Below are positions 25,532-38,030 of a stretch of 64,000 nucleotides of DNA, piece by piece; the first letter of the stretch is position 1, and each line of letters starts with the position of its first letter. Under the pieces are notes generated by a model that ran no database searches, was not told the origin of the DNA, and saw only the letters and a list, made by a program, of their open reading frames with translations. The stretch lies in NCBI GenBank assembly GCA_045837725.1, contig JBEWZL010000145.1, positions 434,001 through 498,000 on the forward strand, written 5' to 3'. The position numbers and the translations under genes are program-made. The stretch is from Vermamoeba vermiformis. Its lineage: Eukaryota.

Positions 25532-26148
25532 TCACTCTTTCAGTTCATTCAATAAAACTCCTTTTGTTTTGTAGAGCAAATCCGTGTTCTCCCACATAGT
25601 TTGTACTGCAACCAATAGTATTAATAAAATGTGATCTATAGCATAATATAGAGTTCTATCAGATCTTACCCTTCTCTGTTTGCCAGCCGTCAGATGTGGA
25701 GTAGAAAACTCGTTTGACTCCGAATTTGACCATCTTCTGCACGCAAATGGAGCACGGTCGTGAGTAACACAGAGTGTTGTTATTAAACTCTTCGTTACTT
25801 AGATTCGCGTTATTATAATTGAAGTTGTTGTTATTTTGTTTCTTGCTCTTTTTCAACTCGCTTGTTGGATTTAGCCTAACGACGTAAATGACGCATTTGT
25901 TCCATTGCTTGCGCATATATCTACTATTTTTCCCCTTTTTCTTTAAAGCCACATTCAAAACGCGACATGGCGTCTATCTCGCTGTGGATGGAGCAATAAC
26001 GCTCACCGTGCTTGATCTGCTCTGAAGAATTCTTGCCAAGAGCCATAACCTTGCCGCCTTTGACTACGACAGCGCCGTGACGGAAATACATTGAGCTCTT
26101 TGAGGCCTCCTCACACGCTAATTGAAGAAACTTGCTGATGCGACTCAT
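25532..26148 (-). CDS. Zinc-dependent cytidine/dCMP deaminase-fold protein, paralog A; needs a +1 frame change near 25927-25973; one canonical 3' intron
   Basis: ORF 25924..26148 has RHGAVVVKGGKV...HSE. The overlapping +1 ORF 25659..25958 has IYVVRL...SRPCSIC...VFYS. A GTAAGA...TGCAG intron precedes VQTMWENTDLLYKTKG...*. Confidence 0.8.
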
Positions 26149-26363
26149 TGTTGTTTGTATGCAGTTAAGAATTGGTGAAAGTAGTTGTGTTTGATAGTAT
26201 AGTGATAATGGTGGTTGTCAGTTGCTGATTAAGTGACAAAAAAGCAAATTTTGACCGGATGCAGCAACGAAAAACAAAAGTAGAGAAAAATATCGGAAAT
26301 CAATCAATTCATTGAATTTAAATTTACTACTATCAATATACTATCTTCTAACATATGGTAGCC

Positions 26364-26973
26364 TTAATCATTCCAATTTTCTTCTTGCACTCCTCGTGTC
26401 AAATATAATTCATCGGATCTCTCCCACATAAGCCTCACTAAATTGAATATTAGCTAAAAATATTAATAATAGTACTAATAAATATTACCCTTCTCCATTT
26501 GCCATTCGTCAGGTGAAATAGAATAAAATACTCGTGCAACGCCAAACTTGGCCATCATTCTCGTGCAAATCTGGCATGGACGCGAGTAGGATAGATTTCC
26601 ATCATTAGGGTCGATGTTATTAATATTATGATTATTATTGTTCATAATATTCTTTGGTCTTCTCGACCTCTTCATTTCTGCAGTCGGATTGAGTCTCACG
26701 ACGTAGATGTCGCACTTGTTCCATTGCTTTCGAATAAATCTATCGTTCTTTCCCTTTCTCTTTAGAGCCTTGTTTAAGACGCCACATGGCTTCTATCTCG
26801 CTGTGCACTGAGCAACAATAATGCTTTTGATCGAGCTCCATCTGCGAAGGCTTGTTGAATCCAAGGCTCATCACCTTGCCGCCCTTCACTACTACTGCTC
26901 CATGACGGAAGTACATCGTGCTCTTTGACGCCTGCTCGCTGGCTAAACGAATAAACTTGCTAACTCGACTCAT
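26364..26973 (-). CDS. Zinc-dependent cytidine/dCMP deaminase-fold protein, paralog B; needs a +1 frame change near 26743-26792; one canonical 3' intron
   Basis: ORF 26740..26973 has RHGAVVVKGGKV...HSE. The +1 frame has IYVVRL...SRPCQIC...VFYS. A GTAATA...TTTAG intron precedes VRLMWERSDELYLTRG...*. Confidence 0.8.
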
Positions 26974-27385
26974 CTTGCTTTGGTTGTATCAGTTAGTAAT
27001 GTGTTTGTGTTGTTGTTGTTAAATTTGTATTATTGATATAAAATAACAGTTGTGGTTGTTGTCTGCTCTGTTGTTGAAAGACAAATAAATTTTTCAAGGA
27101 ACCAGAATAAGAAGCCTCCCTGCACAAAAGACGACCGTCACATCTCAAACAGCAGTTGTTTCACGTTTACAAGGCATGATCATCGGTACCTTTTGATGTT
27201 CGAAGTTCGTTTCTCGGACGGATTTCGCGCTCCTTTTTGATCTCCCTCCTTTCTTCTGTACTAGCTGTACCATGCCATACAGGTTAAATCTTTCCTTCGT
27301 ATCGATCGATTCTCGATCTGTTTTGGTCAAGATTTCGCCGTTCAATTTACGGGTCATTCAAACCAAATTTATTACCGATCAACAC

Positions 27386-27925
27386 ATGGCTGAAGTTGTT
27401 ATTCACCGTCAACCCCGCATTGCTAAGAAGGGTTCATACAAGGTCGCTGTTAAGGCTGGCGAGTCTTATTGGTGGTAAGTAATGGTTACAAATCCCGTTC
27501 AAATCTCAATCTGAATCTTTAGGTGTTCTTGTGGCCACTCTTTGAGCCAACCGTTCTGCGATGGCTCTCACAATAAGGTCAATGAGAAGTATGGCACTAA
27601 CTTCCAGCCCATCGAATACAAAGCAACCGAAGATAAGGTAAGGAAAAATATTTTAATTTACGAATCTCGCTTATTCTCCACCAAAATTAAAAATAATAGG
27701 CATCAAAAATATGCTAATATTTGTTAATCAATAGGACGTTTGGTTCTGCGGCTGCAAGAGAAGTCCCAAAGCTCCTCTTTGCGATGGTACCCACAGTAAA
27801 TTGTCTGAGGAAGAAGTTAAGAACGGTAAGCCACTAATATAATTATAATACTACCAAGTAGTCATGACGTATATTTAACCGCTTGTTTTATCGCAGGTAC
27901 CTTCCCATCCGTCGCTGAAAACTAA
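27386..27925 (+). CDS. CDGSH iron-sulfur protein with two CDGSH motifs (CISD3/MiNT-like), 4 exons
   Basis: YWW|CSCGHSLSQPFCDGSH and VWFCGCKRSPKAPLCDGTH across GT-AG introns. Confidence 0.9.
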
Positions 27926-28412
27926 TTAGCGAACGAATGTTCTTATTTTCTGACCGAATCAACTCCGTTGTGTACTATTTTATTTATTATAAATAATTGT
28001 TATTGTAATGCCATTATTGAGGCTGATCGCATCGTAGGGTATCTAGTTAACCTCGCGCGACTAATTACTAAAAAAGGATCCTGCTTGTATAAGAACAATC
28101 TTTCGACCTCAAGAGGTATAGCAGCGATGTCATTATTGCACTTTAGCATAACATATTACTTTTACACACAAATGAAGCGTAGTAAGCGGATGCAATCGTA
28201 TTACGCCGAATCCGGTTGTCTATTACATAATCCAAAAAGATCGATGATATAATGCATAGGTCATTGTAATATACGTTGGTACATTTGCCTTCTTGATTCT
28301 CAGATCCACTGAAGTTTGTCAGAGGGAGATTAACGGGAGATTTTTTGTTTTTGTAACCGTTGCGAGTAAAATTTGGCCTTTGTAGGTCTTATTATCGATA
28401 GCTGCCACCACA

Positions 28413-31400
28413 ATGAGTTACGAGGGCATGCTGACAGGCATCGGTAGGAATTAGATTAGCAATTATTTTGGATTAATGTGACTAATGGATTTGCAATAGT
28501 CACGGCTGGACGAAACCTTGCTCCAAAGGATTCAAACGGCTTTTCTGACCCGTATTTAGTCGTGGGTCCTATTGACGATAAAGGCAACTGGCTGACTTAT
28601 TTGGATCAACAAGGAAAGAAAGTGAAAAATAAAACAAAAAGTCAGATCGTCAAAAAATCACTCGAACCTCAATGGAATTTTTCATTTGAATTGTAAGTCA
28701 TACATAATAGGCATTCATTTCGATAAATAATTGCAATGAGTGATTTTAATTATTCAATTAATCGATTAATTCACTAATGTTCAATACCTAGCCAACTCGA
28801 AGCCAATTTCAGAGGCCTAAAAATACAAGTATGGGATTGGGATAAATATTCATCGGCCGATTTTATGGTAAGAAAATAATTAATTGAAATTCCTCCATCC
28901 ACTCCCAGCCAAGACTGTAAACAGTTTGGAATTAAATTCTACCATTTAATTCCTATCGATGTGGTCAATACGATATATTCATACGCTATTTATATATAGA
29001 CGCCCATTTTAAGTTCATGTTTTGAAATTTTAACGGAGCTAATCCGCAATTTGTACTCAACTGATTCAATTCGCTTATAATAGGGAGAAGTAATTGTTAC
29101 ATATATTCCTAGTGGCCAAGAAGTCGATACCTGGTTAAAACTCGCTCAACGACCTAATAAGCCGAAAGAAACTGTTTCAGGCGAAATTCAAGTTAAATAT
29201 TGTTATACGCCGCGATTGGTACGTAAAATAATATACCATTATTATTAACTACAGTATGATTACTTTTATACGAGCTATTCGCAAATTGACGCGAGTATTA
29301 TTTATTTTCGAATTTGTTTCAGCGAACAAAAAAATCGGAATTTTGATTCTTTGAGCCGTATCGTATCTTTATTATAATAATACGAACAATTTTATTTTCC
29401 GATGATTAATTTAGCCTATTTAAGCCAAATTACATTTAAAATCAAATGTCGATTCAAAATTTAAATTTCATTCGATTGGACCACTGAAGCAAACAAAAAT
29501 TGTTAATATTGATTATTAATATCATATATAGAGCTTACAAAAGCGTCGTCGAACATTAGGAGAAATGCCGTCATTTGTACCTTCCCCTCGTGCTTTAAGC
29601 GACTCACGTGACGCCGAATTGTTGCAAGAAATCGATTCGCGCAACATTATCAAAATTATTTTCGTACGTAGCTTGACAATAGTGCACTTTCTATATAAGG
29701 AAATAATAGCTCGTAAGAGATTATTTTCTTTTCGAATAATTTTAGCTTCTGCAGTTATTCACTGAAAATTGCTTTCATGAACCACAATACACCAATTACC
29801 AAATATGGAAATACTGATAGCTAACGACGGTTTCGTCAGCTTAGACCAAAAATTGACGCTTTCCTATTATAGGCATTAAAAAATGCGCCGACCATGCCCT
29901 TCGTGCTGGGCAAGGCGTTAAAAGCCATCTGCAAATGGGCTGCAGCATTGCCTAATTTGGAAGAGTTGAATCAACTGATCGAAGACAAAGTGCTCGAAGA
30001 CGTCGCGATGGCACTGATCAAGTACCCAAACATGGTTGACATTGCTTATTATTCTATGTGCTGCCTCGCCTCACTGTCACGTGTACCTCGTAAGTGTCAC
30101 TCCTTGAATTACCATATTAGGAAATACTTTCAAAACCTGACACACCAAAACATTCCATCAAAAAATTGTTCGCGAACTTTCTCTTGACTTTCTTGTCCAA
30201 AAAAGGAAATCTTATCACTACCCAGTCAGGCTAGCTATAGCACTCTTTCCTTATTTGGAAATTTTATTAATGAAAAGTTTCAGGCGCCAAATCCAACTTC
30301 ACGAGCGGTGTTGCTAAAGCCATTCTCGACACACTGCGCGCACCACCAGCTCTGACCGCGCAAGTGAATCTGACCAATCACTACTGCAACTGCATCATTA
30401 CCATCGCAAATTTTTGTGCTGCAAATATCAACGACAAGAGTAAGTCAGCAACAGATCTGACTCACGCTTGCCAAATAAGGAAACTTTGAGGTTTAATTAT
30501 TCTATTCTTTTCCAGGCAAAATCTTAGCGTGTCAAAATTTGGCGGAAGACAGCGGGCTGTTGATCGAAGTGATTAATTTGATGCTCAAATATCACTCGGA
30601 CAGTCTGCTGCAAACTCACGCGCTGTACATGTTAGCAAACTGCGCTTACGACAACGGTACGTATTATATTCTATCATCAATATTAACTACTGAACTCCCA
30701 AAATCGTGAAATTTCCATTCATTTTTCACGGTTATGAAGATATTTTCATTTTTTTTCACGGGAAAATTTCCTTTAGCTGTTTGGATCCGTTTGGTCTAAT
30801 TGTGTTTTTATTGCCGTAGAATCCGTGAAAGATTATTTCCTGCAAATGAACTTGCACAAAGAGCTGCTCAAGCTGTTCGAGAAAGAGACGCAATTACACT
30901 TGAAATGGTTGCCGCTCCACGTGCTGCAAGTGTGGCTCACGAGCAACAGAGCCGATCACACTCAAGCTTTGTTACGTGAAGCTTCAATAACCAAACTCGT
31001 CGGAATATATTCACAGGCTAATTCTATGACGCCTGGGTACGTTCAAAAAACAAGTTAAAACTTTTTTTTATTAATTTTTTTGTTCTAGACCACATCGCGC
31101 TAACTATCACACGGCATGTCTATATTTAATGAGCGCCATTATACCACATATCGAAGGTAGGCCTCATTGCCATATTATAACATAGTATTCGATGTCTTAT
31201 AATGAATTTACTATAGAGTCGTTGAAGGCTGAAATGGTCGCTGACAAAAAGCTCATCGAGCTGTTGATTGACAGCTATCACAGTTACAAAGAAGAAATTC
31301 CGTCCATTGAGCACCGACCAGTCCTGCCTCAACGGATATTCTCCGTGCTGACCCACTTGACTCCCTTAAAAGGTAATTCACTGAAGGCTACCTTCGTGAA

Positions 31401-31849
31401 AATGTCGTTCTGACACGTGTCAAACAGAGGCTCGCACGTTGATGTTCAAGTCAATGAGCGGCATTCAAGAGATTGCAGAACAATCAGGCGCGTATTTAAT
31501 CATCATGAATCAAGCCCACAAGTTCGTGAAAGCAATGGAAGATCAATTGACAGCTGACGATAGTGACACGTCACGTGATCAACTGCTCTCATTGAGGATT
31601 GTTATTGAGAGAACGATGAGTCATTTGAATGACAATGACGAGTCGTCAAGTGAGACAGTGAGGACAGCTACGAATAGTCGACGAGGTAGTACTGCTTCGG
31701 CTCGTAGTCATCGCGCTGCATCGGTCAGAAGTGAAAGCGGATCTGAACCTGGATCTCTCGAATTGGATCCGAAAGACCTTGAAAAGATTAGGAACATTGA
31801 GATTTCATCACCGAGTAATCACCCTTCAATAGTCATCACGTCTAAATAA
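28413..31849 (+). CDS. C2-domain protein with a helical (ARM-like) C-terminal region, many exons
   Basis: AGRNLAPKDSNGFSDPY...KKSLEPQWNFSF...LKIQVWDWDKYSSADFMG is a Ca2+-binding-type C2 domain. Downstream helical exons run to TAA at 31849. Confidence 0.75.
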
Positions 31850-31949
31850 TAGTCCTGTTTATGTATCATAACTGTAACGGAAATGTAAATAATGAAAAGA
31901 AAATTAACACTGAATATTACAATTATTTTTTATTATGAAACAAACAATA

Positions 31950-34332
31950 TTAAATCTTGCCCTTAATCAAAATTTGCACAATTTTACGCACGTTGAGTGT
32001 CTTAAGATCAGTGTAAGTTTGACCCACGCCGACGAACACAATAGGCTGACCAGTCGCGTAGACCATTGAAATGGCAGCACCGACCTTGTCATCAACAGTG
32101 TCGAACTTTGTCAACACAATGCCGTCAATGGATCGCACGTGATGTGGATCCGGGCTGTACTCTTCGAGTGCTCTGTTGAACTTCCTCATTTGGTCCACGG
32201 AGTCGTTTCCGACGAGCGCTTCACCAACGAACAAGACCAAATCGGGCTTGTTGACACCGACCAACTTGCCAAGTGCCTTCATCAACGGCTCGTTGTCTGA
32301 CATACGACCAGCAGTGTCAATCAGCACTACGTCCATACCGTCTTTGCGGCCTAAAAATAACTCGGTCAAGGACTGCTTTTAGATATCACGTGCCATGCTC
32401 CAACGTACCTTGTCTAATACTAGCTTCAGCGACAATGGTAGGTTCTTTGCCGTAATCTTGTGCGTACAAGTTAACGCCCAAGTTAGTGGCGTGAACTTGC
32501 AACTGTTCAATGGCACCAGATCTGAATGTATCGCAAGCAGCAATGGCGACCTTGAGGTTGTTGCTCAACAGCCACGAGCAGACCTTTGACAATGAGGTTG
32601 ACTTGCCAACACCGTTGACACCAACAAATACAATCGAATAGGGTCGCTTCTCTTGTTGAGCCTATAGCATGACAGGTGTCAAAATGAGGTCTGTACGAAG
32701 TGTCAAATCGAAAACTACGTACCGCTTGAACTTCACGCAAAATGTCAATACGACGCTTAGGTGTCAAAATGCGTGTGAGAGCCTCCTCCATTGCGTTCTT
32801 GACTGTAGTTGAAACACGCGTGAATGAACCAAGCTGTTTGCCAATGAGTTGTGAGGCCACTGACTCGCACAGCTTTTCAGCGATTTCACTGGCAACGTTC
32901 TTGCTGATCAAATGGTCACGGAACTTTTCAAGGACAGGTCTATCAGAGTACATTAGGGTTACTTAAAGTTTGACTAGATGTCACTTTTTGTACGTACGCC
33001 AAGTCCTCTTGTGACAGCTGTCTGTTGGTGAAGGTCTTGAAGAATGACATGAGACCTGACGAGGCCTTCTTTTGGCCCTCAGGCTTCTTCTTGCCAGTCT
33101 TAACCTCCTCTTCGCTCTCTTCTTCGTCAGTGTCCTCTGACTCGTTGTCTGACTCGCCCCAATTGTCCACGTCAACTTTGACTGACGGGTCGAATGTAGG
33201 CTGACGCGGGGCTTCCATGCCCGTGTCCTTGCTGTGATTCAATTCTGCCAACGCGGCGCCCTTCGCAGGCTTATCGTCCCACGTGGTCATCTTTTTGCCT
33301 TTTTTGGGTGCTGCCGCTGGGATCTCGGTGCTCTTCTTGGTGCCTTTCTGGCCCTTGCCACCAGCACGGGCCTTGAGTGCCTCTAACTTCTTCTTCCTGG
33401 CCAGCTCTTCTTTGCTCTCAGCTGTGGTCTCAGTGCGCGCATCTGTGTCGTCGTTAGGGGCACCAGCATTGCTCGCATCAGCGGGGTTTTGGTCCTCAGC
33501 GCCGTCACTGTCTTCAGCTCCCTCGTCTGAACTCTCTTCTGACTCGTCCTTTTGGTTCTTTTTGCCGCTTTTGCCGCTGCTCTTGGCTGGTTTTTTTTCT
33601 TTGGTCGGTGTGTCTTTTTTATCGTCCTTTTTGCCTTCTTTTAACAACTGTTGACCTTTCTTTGTTTCCCAGAAATCTGTCGGCTTTTGTGTCTTCTTAT
33701 TTTTAGCGCTCTTTTCGGCCTGTTTAATTTGCATTGGTTAATTTTAGATCCAGTTAATAAAAATAAAATAATTTTGTAAATATTCGTACCTCGTCTTGAA
33801 TATCATCAAACTCTTTATCGAACTTGGTATAATCGCCGTCAATAGCTGATGTTTTTAATTTGTCTTTGAATTCGCTGCAAAACTGATCCTTGACTCCATC
33901 CAACAGCTCGTCGACGTACGCGACAGTAAATAGCTTAGGATATACAGCCTATGAATGCGACGTTTAGCATATCTTCTGCGAAATAAATGCAATACTTACA
34001 ACAAATACTAAGTCGTATTCATTGGCATAGACCCACTTCAAGCAGTAGCGATCATCTGTGAAAAGGTTTTCTCCTTGACGTTCCTAAATATTATGCAAAT
34101 TTGTTAAATAAAGAATCGCGTGATTTGCATGGTTAGATAAGCAGAAGAATATTAAATTGCAATTTGCTTTTCGAAAAATGAAAAAATAGAAAAATAAATT
34201 AAAAAATTAAAATAGTACCTGTAAGAGCACCTGTCGAATCAAATTATTGACAGGATCGCCTTTCAGTGCGTCAGGAGTCCTTGCCCATAAAACAATGCCT
34301 CCCTTTGTGAAGATCAAGAATTGTTCAATCAT
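31950..34332 (-). CDS. SRPRA: Signal recognition particle receptor alpha subunit
   Basis: N-terminal longin/[21 protein letters not shown] GTPase motifs [44 protein letters not shown] and GVGQTYTDL. Confidence 0.95.
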
Positions 34333-35029
34333 TTTGCTTTGTGTTGCTTCTAGCTCTTTGCTTCAATGCAATAAAATCAGAACCAAACGCGTCCCTTTTA
34401 TTGCGTCGATGATAAAGTGCAGGCGTCGAATTTGAATCGCTGCCAATTATCAAAACGTCACTCGGTCAACATTTGGTCAAACATTACATCGCCGTCTTTT
34501 GAAGACCACGTTGCTTGCAAATACACTGACAATAAGCATGACTAAGATACTTACACGACAAGCACGTGATAGTATACCATTCTGGCGTTCCACAAGCCAC
34601 CGTAACAAATCTAGATAATTGCACCAATTGTTCAGAAGGCAATTTAATAACAGCACTATAACAAGCTAAATCTATATATGCTAGATACTTATTAACAAAA
34701 TTCTCACTGTGGAAAGCAGATTTACAATTTTTATAATTATTTTATAATCAGCGCTTCAATAACGGCCAACAATTATTTAAGAGTAGCTTTGTTATAATAT
34801 TAGTATAAACATAATTTAATAGGCCAGGATAAGAGGTCTTGTCCATCATTCAAAGATCGACTTTCCAAATCAGGCTAGCTCGTCCATCACAGCAACTTGA
34901 GATTGACAAGGCCAAAACCTTAAAAATGAACTCGAATCACATTTTCTATTCATAATATAACCATTGAACAGTAACATCTCAAGCTGCTCTCGCCCTACAT
35001 CCAGCTCCAGACCCACCAAATTCCGTGCA

Positions 35030-36219
35030 ATGTTCCACCAACACAACCGCTTCGAACAATTCAACTCTGAGCACCACTCTATGGACATTGGATACCCTAC
35101 AATGATGTCTGCCACTCCTCATCAGTTCAACGCTCCCGTGCTACATCCGGTACAAAACTTGGTTCCTCAGTCACATCCAGGTGACTGGTCTTCGCACCAA
35201 TTCGATCCTGAATGGCAAGAACTGGCTGAAGTACTCTCCAAGAGGCCTACATTCCAATACATTGCTACACAACTCGCCAACAACTCACGTCTGCTCAAGT
35301 CACTGGAACCTCAGTACGAATCTACTGATCTGAAGCAACTCCTGCCTGAACTACAAGATATGGACATCGATTCTATGACGCCAAGTGATGAATTCGAGGC
35401 TTTCTTGTTCAAGAATGGGATCTGGCTCTCAGAACACGTACGAAGAAAACAAAGCGTAATGGATGAGCTCAAAAAGCTTCATGACAAGTACAAGGCTGAA
35501 AAAAGCAAGCTCGACGGCTTTAGAGAGTCATACAAGAACGCTGTACGCGCCTGCATCATGCCCTTCGGAATTGGATCCGAATCTGCTTTCGAGCACCTCG
35601 TCAACGCCAAGTACAAAGCCATCGATGAGGTTTTCGACAAAATGACCGCCAAACTGACGCAATTTTTGGCTGTTAAAATTAGAAACGAAGCTTCTCTTGA
35701 CCTGACGGACATTTCTTCCAACAGCGACGATGAAAAAGCCTCAGAACCTCTTCACAAATGTAAGTAGCCACGCAAATGTGATATTCAATTTCTCTAACTT
35801 CGAAATTTACAGGGTTTATTGCGCATCTAGCGAATCCGTACCCGACTGAAGAAGAAAAGACAGAGCTGAGCTTCCAAACCGGCTTGAGCCTCAAACAAAT
35901 CAACACTTGGTTTGGCAATCATCGCGGAAGATACAAGCGCCGTATCTTAGACCAACTTGCACTAAAGAAACGCAGCGAAGGCTCGTCGCAAAGCACATCT
36001 GGCGTTTCAAGCCCTGACTCATCCTCCAGCTCCGAGGACTCCGACGACTTGGCTGCTGACTGTGGCGCCCCTATTAAGTCGCAATCGATGATGCCAGTGC
36101 GTATGACTCGTCAGCGAATGGCCGCAAAGCGAACCTTTCAGCAGATCAAAGTCGAGGTAAAAGAAGAAAAAGAGCCAGACCTCGAGCCAGAGAGAAAGAG
36201 AGCAAAGAAGCTTCTCTGA
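35030..36219 (+). CDS. TALE-class homeodomain transcription factor (PBX-like), 2 exons
   Basis: Splicing the intron at ~35760-35811 gives [48 protein letters not shown] (PYP loop, WFGN helix 3). Confidence 0.88.
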
Positions 36220-36407
36220 CGAGGTACATTATCGTGTATATTATTGTGTAGTGTATGAAATATAATACAATTTATTCGCTCAAACGATCGAACATTTGAC
36301 GGACCGGAATCCGCCCCAAAATTTGGAATGCGACAGTCATTGAAACTTAATTCAACGACCTGTATAGTAATTACATGGTTTTGATGTGATGAGTATTGTA
36401 CGAAGCT

Positions 36408-37907
36408 CTATTTACTTGGTGAAGGGGCGCCGAGACCAGATGCGGAGAAATATTGATCAAAAACACTAACGAGCTCTTCATTTTCTGCGACCTTGGCCTA
36501 AAAATTTCAAATTTAATCATTGTCGCCAAGATTATAGCAATTAACTAGTCCGCTGCCGACTTCCAATTGAAGCCGAGATAAGCTCAAAGGCAGTCGAGAC
36601 GAGAGCAGAGCAGCAGAGAAACAGTTCAACCTACCTTCAACTGTTCATTAAGGCAATCGAGCAAAGACTCGTTCTTATAAAGCTTAGCGGTAAGAACGGC
36701 AGCTTCCTTTTGGTACTTTTGGTGCAGTTTCTGGATCTCGCTGTTGGCGATCTTCAGTTTTTCTTCAGCATGAGCCTTCAGCGTCTTGTACTGCGCCTCG
36801 ATGGTTATCAAGTCCTTTTGAGACTTGGCAAGAGCACCTTTCAAAGTCTGTTCGTTCTATAGTAAGAGAACTGTTAGCACGGTGAAAAGGCGAACCAGTG
36901 ATTGCAATCCCTCGCTCGAATATTATAGAAGGGTATGTACTAATTATGACCTACCTTTTGGAAATTCTCACCAACCTGTTTAAGTTGCTCGTAGCGTTTG
37001 TGAAGGGCGGCGAAAGAGTTCTCCATCTCTTTGGTTTCTTGTGCCTTCTTTTGTGCTTCGATCTCTGCCTCACTAAGCTTTCGCTCAATGATAGACACAC
37101 GCGTATTCTGTTCTTGGACCAAGTGTTGAATAGTATCTTCAGATTCACGAATCAGAGCATCCAAGTCGGCTTGTAAGCGGAGGCGCTCTCGTTCGGACTC
37201 TTCATATTTTCTTTGGTACTCGAGAAGCTCCATGGCCAAAGTTTCGGTCTCTTTAGCAGCGTGGTCGATCACCTCGTTGCGTGCTCGTTCCAAATCCTCA
37301 TCGGTGTACTTCAACTTGGCGTTCACAGGTTGTTGGGCAGGCAAGGCTGCTTTATATTCTGCAAGTGCCTTCTCGACTGCGAGCTTTGTCAATCTGAGCA
37401 TGTCTTCCTCACTGTAACGCAGATTGCTTTGCCCATCGGCGGTGTCATCCTCGTTAGCGTCGTCTTCGTTGATTTCAGAATAATTTGGAGTCCAATCATC
37501 CTATAAATGCACGTCAGTGTCGTGAGGAAGAAGGCAGGCAAGTCATAAAAAACTGGTAAGCTCAGCGCAATGCACGTACCTGCAGAAAGTTTGACTCGTG
37601 ATCTTCTATCGCCTCTTCTGCGTATTCGATATCCTCGCCAAGACGAGCACCAGAATTTATCTTGTGAGTAATATCGACAAGGACGCCCTTCACTGGTGAG
37701 AGCGAGGTGGTAAGTTTGCTGGTGCTAGGATGCGGATTAATATTTTCCTTGGACTCCTCCAACAGTGACGTCTGCAGAATATTATTAAAATAATTCGTTA
37801 ATTAATTTGCGCGATTAAGCACGAACCTTGGAGATAGTCTTGTTAACGTGGGGTGACAAGGAGAAAATTATTGAATCTTGGACTGCTCGTTGAGGAAGAA
37901 TACTCAT
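36408..37907 (-). CDS. TACC: TACC-family (transforming acidic coiled-coil) protein
   Basis: Coiled coil YTDEDLERA...MENSFAALHKRYEQLKQVGENFQK|NEQTLK...QYKTLKAHAEEKLKIANSEI...KVAENEELVSVFDQ matches the TACC_C pattern. Confidence 0.8.
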
Positions 37908-37984
37908 ATTTGCTCTTGTTGTATTGTATTTTACACTGCGTACTAAACTATATCGAGACAACGTCAAACACCCTTTTTTAGATG

Positions 37985-38030
37985 TTTGGCGCCAATTTCA
38001 ATTTGAAAAACTATCCGTTGCGGTAACGGT
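37985..38030. promoter_or_regulatory. Putative cell-cycle promoter elements upstream of TACC (E2F-like, CHR-like, two MSA/MYB-like AACGG)
   Basis: TTTGGCGCCAA at 37985, TTTGAA at 38002, CCGTT at 38015 and AACGG at 38025, all within ~125 bp of the TACC ATG. Confidence 0.45.

Noticed and set aside
25924-25929. Euplotes-type AAA-TAG +1 frameshift site
   Set aside because: Present only in paralog A (B has CGA TAG), and +1-frame conservation starts well upstream. Other genes here end normally in AAA-TAA or AAA-TAG.
25921-25966. A 46-nt intron (AT|GTCGCG...TAG|A in A; AT|GTGGCG...TAG|A in B) that would restore the deaminase frame
   Set aside because: The donors differ from this genome's GTA-type consensus, the 3' end is purine-rich with no clear branch point, and the interval shows synonymous conservation in the +1 frame. 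Disfavoured, but not excluded without RNA data.
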